Both the position numbers and the translations under genes were made by a program. DNA of 64,000 nucleotides from Candidatus Latescibacterota bacterium (GTDB taxonomy: Bacteria; Latescibacterota; UBA2968; UBA8231). The notes under the pieces were generated by a model that worked only from the letters and a program-made list of their open reading frames with translations, had not been told where the DNA came from and did not search any database. The DNA lies in contig CBDAOB010000004.1 of the NCBI GenBank assembly GCA_965197905.1, forward strand, positions 160,001 to 224,000, read 5' to 3'. Numbering within the stretch: the stretch's first letter is position 1; each line of letters opens with the position of its first letter. Positions 10,386 to 17,513 of the stretch are shown here, in pieces.

Positions 10386-11315
10386 ATGACATTCGAAGAA
10401 ATCGCACAATTCTCGGAAGATGAAGCCCGAAGGCATCTGGAAAATCTGCGTTGGCTGAACGGCATTACATGCCCTCACTGTGAATCCAAGGACGCTACAC
10501 GCATGGAGGGCGAGGCACATCGCAAGGGTGCCATACAGTGCAACGACTGCCGCCAGCAGTTCACGGTTACCGTGGGCACCGTGATGGAGTCCACAAGGGT
10601 TCCGCTGCGCAAATGGATCATGGCCTTTCATCTCTTGTGCTCCAGTAAGAAGGGGTATAGCGCCCTTCAGTTGAAACGCGATCTCGGCTTGGGATCTTAC
10701 AAGACGGCTTGGTTTATGGCTCACAGAATCCGCTATGCGATGAATAACGGCCCCCTAAGTGAGAAGCTCAAGGGAACAGTTGAGATGGACGAAACCTATG
10801 TAGGCGGCAAACCCCGCAACAGAAGTCCGAAAAACAAGCGTGGGCGCGGCACGAAAAAGAAGCCGGTAGTAGCATTGGTAGAGCGTGATGGCGAGGTCCG
10901 ATCTAGGGCCGTGGAGAACGTCAAGGGAAAGACGTTGAACGCGGAGATCCTACAGCACGTGGACAAGCGGTCTACGCTTGTCACCGACGAACTACCGCAT
11001 TACACGCACGCTGGACGATTCGTGGGCGATCATCGCGTGATCAGACATAACGGAAGAGAGTACGTGAGACGAGAAGGGTTACTGTTGGTGACGACAAACA
11101 CGGTCGAATCGTATTTCGCCCTGATTAAGCGTGGCCACTACGGCGTGTATCACTCCATGAGCAGCAAGCACATAGGGCGGTATGTGGATGAATTTGCATT
11201 CCGATGGAACCACAGGAAGGCGAATGATTCAGAGCGGCGCGATACCGCGATTCAACAAGGGGAGGGGAAACGATTGATGTACTCAGAAAACCATTGTACT
11301 CAAGAAAATGTTTAA
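10386..11315 (+). CDS. IS1595-family (ISXO2-like DDE) transposase
   Basis: Zn ribbon CPHC...CNDC, HTH (SALQLKRDLGLGSYKTAW), DDE motifs VEMDETYVGG / LVTDE / NTVESYF, YVDEFAFRWN. ATG at 10386; alternative TTG at 10368. Confidence 0.95.
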   Translation: MTFEEIAQFSEDEARRHLENLRWLNGITCPHCESKDATRMEGEAHRKGAIQCNDCRQQFTVTVGTVMESTRVPLRKWIMAFHLLCSSKKGYSALQLKRDLGLGSYKTAWFMAHRIRYAMNNGPLSEKLKGTVEMDETYVGGKPRNRSPKNKRGRGTKKKPVVALVERDGEVRSRAVENVKGKTLNAEILQHVDKRSTLVTDELPHYTHAGRFVGDHRVIRHNGREYVRREGLLLVTTNTVESYFALIKRGHYGVYHSMSSKHIGRYVDEFAFRWNHRKANDSERRDTAIQQGEGKRLMYSENHCTQENV

Positions 11316-11319
11316 CGTT

Positions 11320-11360
11320 GTTGACATTTGGTTGACATTTGCTAGCGGATTTATTACTCT
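11320..11360 (+). repeat. tandem 11-bp repeat GTTGACATTTG x2; the second copy forms a sigma70-like promoter
   Basis: Copies at 11320-11330 and 11331-11341; TTGACA (11332-11337), 17 bp, TACTCT (11355-11360). Confidence 0.6.
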
Positions 11361-11386
11361 AACAAATAACCTTTGTTGTACAAAGT

Positions 11387-11467
11387 TGGTAGCCCCACCG
11401 GGACTCGAACCCGGAACCTGCGCCGTTCGATGGGTCCAGCTGCTCTATCCAGTTGAGCTACAGGGCC
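11387..11467 (-). tRNA. tRNA-like gene (tRNA-Arg-derived) with aberrant anticodon arm, 81 nt, encoded CCA
   Basis: GGCCCTG-TA-GCTC AACTGGATA GAGC-A-GCTGGACCCATCGAACGGCGC-AGGTT-CCGGG TTCGAGT CCCGG-TGGGGCT-A-CCA. Acceptor (three G:U pairs), D and T arms fold; the anticodon region is 21 nt instead of 17 and contains TCG-AA. Confidence 0.8.
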
Positions 11468-11491
11468 ACCAATTTTTCTGACAAAGGACTA

Positions 11492-11563
11492 TGGTGGAGG
11501 CAGGGGGAATTGAACCCCCCGGTACAGGTGTCTAAGTCCACTACCGGCTACCTAGCTGCCCCC
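11492..11563 (-). ncRNA. 72-nt tRNA-like RNA with Ala acceptor stem and no D-stem, resembling the tmRNA tRNA-like domain; encoded CCA
   Basis: GGGGGCA...TGCCTCC-A-CCA pairs fully with G3:U70 and A73. T arm GGGGG TTCAATT CCCCC; central hairpin CGGTA-GTG...CAC-ctg-TACCG. Confidence 0.7.
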
Positions 11564-12060
11564 ACGCTGGATGTGAAAATCCCGTTACCAGATTCCCCGG
11601 TAACGGGATTTTCCTCTTTGTGCAAAGATTCTCGCCATTTCATAGTCAGTCGGTATGCTGACTTACCGTTGCGCTTACCGGCTCGCTCAATGATTTTGCG
11701 CTTCCCAAATGATTTTAAGACCGTGTGAGCTGATCCAAGGAGATTGTCAGATTCGCTATGCAACTTCCCTTGCTCCTTGAGCTTCTGCAATTCGTCTCTT
11801 AATTCTGAGGGGTTCCAAGCCCGAGTGTGGTTATTGCGAAAAATGCTGGTAATCGCTTCGACGGGACCGACCGCTTCCACTCTTAGCGCCACCTCACTGT
11901 TGCCGTTACCCGAAATCGGGAACTGCGGTCCCTTGAGTAAGGTTTTAACGGCAGCCAGTTGCTCTTGTACGGCATTAAGCTCACGTTGGATCTCGTTGAC
12001 CTTATTGAGCAAGAATTTGCGTCGATCAGCTAAGGCGATTTCAAATTGCCTGTCGTCCAT
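11548..12060 (-). CDS. IS passenger protein: N-terminal coiled coil plus putative winged-helix domain
   Basis: ATG at 12060 with RBS AAGGAG. Heptad-like LLNKVNEIQRELNAVQEQLAAV; C-terminal helix pattern followed by KIIERAGKRNGKSAYRL (wing-like). Confidence 0.7.
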   Translation of the reverse strand: MDDRQFEIALADRRKFLLNKVNEIQRELNAVQEQLAAVKTLLKGPQFPISGNGNSEVALRVEAVGPVEAITSIFRNNHTRAWNPSELRDELQKLKEQGKLHSESDNLLGSAHTVLKSFGKRKIIERAGKRNGKSAYRLTMKWRESLHKEENPVTGESGNGIFTSSVGAAR

Positions 12061-12138
12061 TGTTGATCTCCTTGGTTGGAGAATTACTGGCCCCAAGCTT
12101 AAAATAGCTTACGCACCAAGTTAGCACAAGTTGAAATT

Positions 12139-12339
12139 ATGGGTAAGAATAAAAGCACCAAATGCACCAAGAATGATAATCAAGAATTAGAACAAGCGCA
12201 AGGTGGGTTATCCTTGCACCCCTTGAACCCTGACGAAGCCCTCGCGGCGTTTCTGGACACGCCACCACCAGAGGATGAGCAGGGTAATAAAAACCGAAAA
12301 CGAGGTGCTGATAAAAAGAAGGATACGAGGGAAGAGTAG
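12139..12339 (+). CDS. small IS passenger ORF, 66 aa
   Basis: ATG-initiated ORF divergent from the passenger gene and ending just inside the right IR; core LSLHPLNPDEALAAFLDTPPP between charged tails. Confidence 0.55.
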   Translation: MGKNKSTKCTKNDNQELEQAQGGLSLHPLNPDEALAAFLDTPPPEDEQGNKNRKRGADKKKDTREE

Positions 12340-12426
12340 GTCTAAGTGCTAATAAATACGTGGCTTTGCGATAGCTTTCTTAAGTAGATAGTTCCGATAA
12401 TTATTACTCTCATTGGCACGGAATTC

Positions 12427-13398
12427 ATGGCCCAACCCAAGGTATTCATAGACGGTCAAGAGGGAACAACCGGTCTGCGCATTCGCGAGATGCTGAATGA
12501 TCGCCCGGATCTGGAACTGCTCACGATCCCGCCGCAAGATCGCAAGGATTCCACCGCCAGAGAGGACTATCTGAACGCCGCGGACCTAGCCATCCTCTGC
12601 TTGCCGGATGCGGCGGCGGCCGAGGCGGTCAACCTGGTGCAGAACCCGCAAACGAGACTCCTGGATACCAGCACGGTCCGGAGGGTTGATCCGAACTGGA
12701 TCTATGGCCTGCCTGAACTGGGTGTCTCGCAGCGGCAGTCGATCGCCGGGTCGATGCGGGTAGCCAATCCCGGTTGTTATCCCACCGGGTTCATACTGGC
12801 CGTGCGCCCACTGATCGAAGCCGGGGTGTTGAACCCAGCGGCGCGGCTCACCGTAAACGCGGTATCCGGGTACTCGGGTGGCGGAAAAGCACTCATCGAG
12901 GAATATAAATCGCTACCATCACCCGAGCGGGCGAACGACACAGCGCGGCCACTGGCGATCTACGGCCTCGATAGCCGGCACAAACATCTCTCTGAAATGC
13001 AGCTATTCAGCTGTCTGGAACACCCCCCGTTGTTCGTGCCCGCAGTCCTACCCGCCTATTGTGGCATGATGGTCAGCACGCCGGTTCCGATATCGGCCTT
13101 TACCAATGCTACCACCCCGAAGGAAATTTTCGACATCTGGAACGACCACTACGCCGATTCCCCCATGGTCGAGCTCCGCAACCCGCGAGACCCCACCGCG
13201 TTGCGCGACGGTCGATTTCTGGATCTGGAAGGGATCTCCGATCGAAACTCGATTCAACTGATGGTGTTCGGGGACGACGAGATCGGCCTGGTGCTTTTTG
13301 CCAGGCTCGACAATCTCGGCAAGGGAGCGGCTGGAAACGCCGTTCAATGTCTGAACCTCATGTTGGGATTTGCGGAAACCGCCGGACTCTCCGATTGA
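12427..13398 (+). CDS. argC: N-acetyl-gamma-glutamyl-phosphate reductase (type 2)
   Basis: KVFIDGQEGTTGL, VANPGCYPTG, AVSGYSGGGK, DNLGKGAAGNAVQ. Confidence 0.95.
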   Translation: MAQPKVFIDGQEGTTGLRIREMLNDRPDLELLTIPPQDRKDSTAREDYLNAADLAILCLPDAAAAEAVNLVQNPQTRLLDTSTVRRVDPNWIYGLPELGVSQRQSIAGSMRVANPGCYPTGFILAVRPLIEAGVLNPAARLTVNAVSGYSGGGKALIEEYKSLPSPERANDTARPLAIYGLDSRHKHLSEMQLFSCLEHPPLFVPAVLPAYCGMMVSTPVPISAFTNATTPKEIFDIWNDHYADSPMVELRNPRDPTALRDGRFLDLEGISDRNSIQLMVFGDDEIGLVLFARLDNLGKGAAGNAVQCLNLMLGFAETAGLSD

Positions 13399-14168
13399 AC
13401 CCTGAGCTGGTCGATAGTCACTGCCATTTGGATCAGCTGCCAGATCCTCCAGCCGTTGTCCGGGAAGCGCAAGCCCGAGCTGTTTCGCGCATCGTAGCCG
13501 TGAGCGAAAGCGCCGATTCAATGCGGGCGGTTCTCGGATTGAAGCAAAACCTCGGGGCAACCATCCTGGCCGCGCTCGGAATGCACCCGGCGTGGATTAC
13601 CCAACACAGTGAGGCCGAGATCGAAGCCGGTTTCGAATACCTGTCCGCTCATCTAGCAGAAGCGGACGCTCTCGGTGAGGTTGGCCTCGATTACAAATGG
13701 GCTACGACCGAGGCGGAGAAACGAGAGCAGGCACAGATTCTCGACAGACAGCTTCAAATGGCGGCCGACCACCGAAAAGCCATCAATATGCATTCACGTC
13801 GCTGCCAGAGGCAGGTTATGGAACGGGCGATTTCCTTTCGCCGGGAAACCGGATTGAACGTCCAGCTTCACTGGTTTACGCAATCGAAGAAATTGGCGCG
13901 GATCTGCAACGAAGAGGGTATCTACATATCCGCCGGCCCTGCGATCGTCGGTGATACACTGGGGTTGGCCGTCGTTTCCGAGGTGGCCGATGAGCTACTG
14001 CTTCTGGAGACGGACGCCCCCGTTGGTATCAACGGAATCCCAGGGCATCCGGGGCGGATCCGCGAGGTGGCTGAAGCGGTCGCCGCGTTTTCGGCAACAA
14101 CCTGGGAGCGGGTGGCCAACCGGACCACCCGTAATTTTCAACGATTCGTGGGACTTGAACCGGGATGA
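13395..14168 (+). CDS. TatD-family hydrolase
   Basis: DSHCHL, GMHP, GEVGLDY, LLLETDAP. TTG start overlaps the argC stop. Confidence 0.88.
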   Translation: MNPELVDSHCHLDQLPDPPAVVREAQARAVSRIVAVSESADSMRAVLGLKQNLGATILAALGMHPAWITQHSEAEIEAGFEYLSAHLAEADALGEVGLDYKWATTEAEKREQAQILDRQLQMAADHRKAINMHSRRCQRQVMERAISFRRETGLNVQLHWFTQSKKLARICNEEGIYISAGPAIVGDTLGLAVVSEVADELLLLETDAPVGINGIPGHPGRIREVAEAVAAFSATTWERVANRTTRNFQRFVGLEPG

Positions 14169-14225
14169 ATCAACAAGAAGAATGAACTCCCGCCCTCCCC
14201 GGGTCAGTGCGTCCAAGTGGGTGTC

Positions 14226-14254
14226 TTGACAACGGTTTGGGATTCACCTATCCT
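14226..14254 (+). promoter_or_regulatory. sigma70 promoter upstream of the rfbB operon
   Basis: TTGACA, 17 bp, TATCCT. Confidence 0.55.
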
Positions 14255-14434
14255 TGAAAATCTCGTCTAAATAATTCACCGTTCCCACCAAACCCCTGCC
14301 CACTTGCGTATCGTCCAGCGCTACTGATTTTCAACCCCGGCAATCCAAGCTGGACACGATTCACTATCATTGATCATGCGGGGGGCTCCGCCTGCGGTAC
14401 GGCGTGAGTTTCCACATAGCAAGGGGAAGCTGAT

Positions 14435-15472
14435 ATGAAAAAACTTCTGATAACCGGCGGTTGTGGATTCATAGGCAGCAATTTCGTTCGCTACATCCTG
14501 GAAACCTATCCCGACTATCACGTTGTGAATCTCGACAAACTGACCTACGCCGGGAATCGCGCGAACCTCCATGAGCTGGAAGACGACCCACGCTACGATT
14601 TCGTCCAGGGCGATATTTGCGATTTCGCCGTCGTTGAACGGTTGATGAGGTCAGTGGATATGGTTGCCAACTTTGCGGCGGAAACCCACGTCGATCGCAG
14701 TATCATGGGTGGGGACGCGTTTGTTCGCACCAACGTATACGGGACCTATGTGTTGCTGGACTGCGCTCGGGCAAGTGGGGTCGAGAAATTTCTCCAGGTC
14801 AGTACGGACGAAGTCTACGGAAGTATCGAGGAGGGGGCGTGGACGGAAGACTGGCCGATGGATCCGCGCAGTCCATACTCGGCAAGCAAAGCCAGCGCCG
14901 AGCTACTTACACGTTCCTACTTCACCACCCATGATTTGCCCACCCTGATCACCCGCTGTTCGAACAACATCGGAGCATATCAGTATCCTGAAAAACGCGT
15001 CCCCTTGTACATCACCAACGCCATCGATAATCTAGACCTTCCGGTTTACGGCAATGGGCTTCAGATACGGGATCATCTATTGGTCCAGGATCACTGCCGC
15101 GCCCTCGACCTCGTGCTGCACAAGGCAGTCCCCGGTGAAGCGTTCAATATTGGCGGTGACAACGACGCTAACGGTCTCGAAGTTGCGCGAACGATTCTCG
15201 AGCTGCTGGGCAAACCGGATAGCCTCATCCAGTTCGTTGAGGATCGCCCCGGTCACGATCAGCGATATGCTCTCGATTGCACGAAGATCAAAGCGATGGG
15301 CTGGAAACCGAAGTGGGATTTTGGCGCCGCGCTGTCGGAGACGGTGGATTGGTACGTGTCCAACGAAGAATGGTGGCGCAACATAAAAGGTGGCATGGAT
15401 TACAAAGCATACTATCAGAAACAGTACGGGGCGCGGGCGACATTGGCAACCGGGTCGGACGCCGAAAACTGA
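14435..15472 (+). CDS. rfbB: dTDP-glucose 4,6-dehydratase
   Basis: TGGCGFIGSNF, LDKLTYAGN, AAETHVDRS, STDEVYG, YSASK, DRPGHD. Confidence 0.95.
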   Translation: MKKLLITGGCGFIGSNFVRYILETYPDYHVVNLDKLTYAGNRANLHELEDDPRYDFVQGDICDFAVVERLMRSVDMVANFAAETHVDRSIMGGDAFVRTNVYGTYVLLDCARASGVEKFLQVSTDEVYGSIEEGAWTEDWPMDPRSPYSASKASAELLTRSYFTTHDLPTLITRCSNNIGAYQYPEKRVPLYITNAIDNLDLPVYGNGLQIRDHLLVQDHCRALDLVLHKAVPGEAFNIGGDNDANGLEVARTILELLGKPDSLIQFVEDRPGHDQRYALDCTKIKAMGWKPKWDFGAALSETVDWYVSNEEWWRNIKGGMDYKAYYQKQYGARATLATGSDAEN

Positions 15473-15565
15473 GGCCAAAATGACAACTCGACTCTCGCAT
15501 CACTCGTGCAACGGAGATTGCTGCACCACGATTCGCGGTGCCGCCGTGAGATTCAGGAGGAAGAG

Positions 15566-17329
15566 ATGAGCAACGCAAAACCTGCACTTTTTGCGTTCAT
15601 CGCCATGTGTGCGCTGGCGTACCTGCCACAAGAAGCGTTGCCTCAGGAGCTTGAGGATTTGGTTGAGGAGAGGGAAAAGGAGGAAGCCAAGCTGCAGCGA
15701 ATCCCCGGAGTAGACATTCCCGGGATCGGCGACGGCAGGTTACCCGGACGCCTGCGAATGCCAAAGGGTGAAGAAGTGGAGCGCCTGCGCATCAGCCAGG
15801 ACAAGAAGATAGACCCGGCGACCTACATCGTGGGTCCCGGCGATGCCATCCTGCTTTACGTGTGGGGTGAGTGGGATCTTCCGTACCATCTGGAGGTGGG
15901 CCCTGAAGGATCTTTGATCATTCCCACCATCGGCCCTTTTGAAGTCGCTGACAAAACACTGCTGGAGGTGCGCGAGATGCTGACCGCCGCCGCCCACGAA
16001 CAATATCCGAACGTCAAGGTTTCCGTTTCGCTCCTGGGCATGCGGTTTTTTACCGTCTACCTCACCGGCGCGGTATTGAACGATGGCAGCTTCATCGTAC
16101 ACCCAACGACGCGAATTTCCGAGCTCATCGAACGCGGCGGTGGATTTCTGGATGATTTGGCAGGGACCGCAATAGAAGAGACCGTAGGGGGCAAGAAGAT
16201 AACTGGAAGGCGGGAGTTTACGCCGCAGCCGGCGGCCCGCCGTTCCATACAGCTTGTCCACCAAGATGGATCGAGAGAAGCCATCGATTTGGAGTTGTTC
16301 AGAGCCACCGGAGAGATTGAAAACAATCCGTATCTGCGCATGGGGGACGTGGTACACGTACCTTATCTGCAGTATGAAATCTACGCCTACGGCTCAGTCA
16401 ATCAGGAGGGCGTGCAGGAGTTTCGCCCGGGTGACACGATTGGCACGTTGATGAAGCTTGCCGGCGGCAAGTCGGGCAATGCCCCTCTGCAAGAGGCGGA
16501 GATCTGGCGTTTCGGTGCAGACGGGCGCGAAACCATCATGAAGCTGGTGGGAGCTGAGGATTCCACTCTTCGGACGCTGGAGGATATCGCCGATTTTCCG
16601 CTGCAACCCAAGGACATGCTCTTTGTCCGCACCCGCTCCGACTGGCAACAAACGCCAACGGTGCACGTTCACGGCGAGGTCGGTTTCCGGGGCCGATATC
16701 GAATCACTCATGGCAAAACGACGCTGCAGGAGGTCGTGGCCATGGCCGGTGGATTTACCGAAGACGCCTCACTGGCGCAAGCCTCGGTAGTACGTGCCAA
16801 GTTCCGCGCCATCGTCGACCCGGAGCTACGGCGTCTGCAGCAACTGCAGCGGGTCAGTGGGCTGGCAGATATGAGTCCAGAAGACAGGGCATACCTGAAG
16901 ACAAAAGGACGCGAACGACGAGGCCGTGTGGCCGTCAACTTCGAGCGCTTGTTCGAGGCGAATGACGAAAGCCAGAACATCCTGATCGAAGGCGGGGACG
17001 TAATCTTCGTGCCCGAAAAAAGACGGACGGTTAGCCTCAGCGGACAGCTCTGGCGACCGGGACTGCTGGATTTCGAGGACGGTCGCCGCGTCGGATTTTA
17101 TCTGGAACAGGCGGGCGGTTATACCTGGAATGCCGACAAGGGAGGTGCACGCCTCATACGGGCCCGCACCGGTGTCCGCGAGAGGCTGGACAAGAATCTA
17201 ATCGTTGAAGCGGGTGACGAGCTCTGGGTACCCGAGAAGGAGTATCGGGACTGGTGGGAGTTCGCCCAATCATCCTTGAGGACCGTGGCGGAGACGCTCA
17301 CACTGCTCGTCCTGGCGCGGACACTCTAG
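15566..17329 (+). CDS. polysaccharide export protein with multiple SLBB domains (Wza/KpsD-like)
   Basis: Signal peptide, YIVGPGD, VGPEGSLIIPTIG, repeated V-x-G-x-V/GD-x-V-x-VP modules; RBS AGGAGG. Confidence 0.85.
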   Translation: MSNAKPALFAFIAMCALAYLPQEALPQELEDLVEEREKEEAKLQRIPGVDIPGIGDGRLPGRLRMPKGEEVERLRISQDKKIDPATYIVGPGDAILLYVWGEWDLPYHLEVGPEGSLIIPTIGPFEVADKTLLEVREMLTAAAHEQYPNVKVSVSLLGMRFFTVYLTGAVLNDGSFIVHPTTRISELIERGGGFLDDLAGTAIEETVGGKKITGRREFTPQPAARRSIQLVHQDGSREAIDLELFRATGEIENNPYLRMGDVVHVPYLQYEIYAYGSVNQEGVQEFRPGDTIGTLMKLAGGKSGNAPLQEAEIWRFGADGRETIMKLVGAEDSTLRTLEDIADFPLQPKDMLFVRTRSDWQQTPTVHVHGEVGFRGRYRITHGKTTLQEVVAMAGGFTEDASLAQASVVRAKFRAIVDPELRRLQQLQRVSGLADMSPEDRAYLKTKGRERRGRVAVNFERLFEANDESQNILIEGGDVIFVPEKRRTVSLSGQLWRPGLLDFEDGRRVGFYLEQAGGYTWNADKGGARLIRARTGVRERLDKNLIVEAGDELWVPEKEYRDWWEFAQSSLRTVAETLTLLVLARTL

Positions 17330-17491
17330 TGCACTGTTCAACAACTATCCTTGTATTTCGCTGCCGACGCATCTCGGCTGGCTGCGTTGCGCTCGCTAAC
17401 CATATTCCACTAATATGGCTCGCTCGTGCGCCTTACCAGCCGCGCGCCTCGACGCCGAAATCTCAAGGCTTTCTATTGAACAGTGCACTAG
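17326..17491. repeat. 166-bp palindromic MITE-like element bounded by CTAG
   Basis: Perfect 16-bp terminal IR CTAGTGCACTGTTCAA/TTGAACAGTGCACTAG, plus nested internal stems (CCTTG..ATTTCG, CGGCTGG, CCATATT). Confidence 0.85.
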
Positions 17492-17513
17492 AGGATTTGA
17501 GGAGCTCCTGGGA

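Larger units (their letters stand above)
10312..12396 (+). mobile_element. complete IS1595-family element with passenger genes, 2085 bp
   Basis: Left end CGGAACTATCTACTTGACAAAGC; right end (reverse complement) CGGAACTATCTACTTAAGAAAGC. 8-bp direct repeat ATAATTAT at 10304-10311 and 12397-12404. Visibly lower GC than the flanks. Confidence 0.95.

Noticed and set aside
11492..11520. Full-length tmRNA (ssrA) gene or prophage att site
   Set aside because: The pairing 5' strand lies only 72 nt from the CCA, leaving no mRNA-like domain, and there is no integrase in the window.
11530..11542. Suppressor (TTA) or Leu (TAG) anticodon in the 72-nt RNA
   Set aside because: No canonical 5-bp stem with a 7-nt loop can be drawn around either triplet.
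12413..12430. TGGCACG sigma54-like -24 box before argC
   Set aside because: No TTGC at -12, and it abuts the start codon.
14378..14408. ops/JUMPstart-like element upstream of rfbB
   Set aside because: TGCGGTACGGCG only partly matches GGCGGTAGnnTG.
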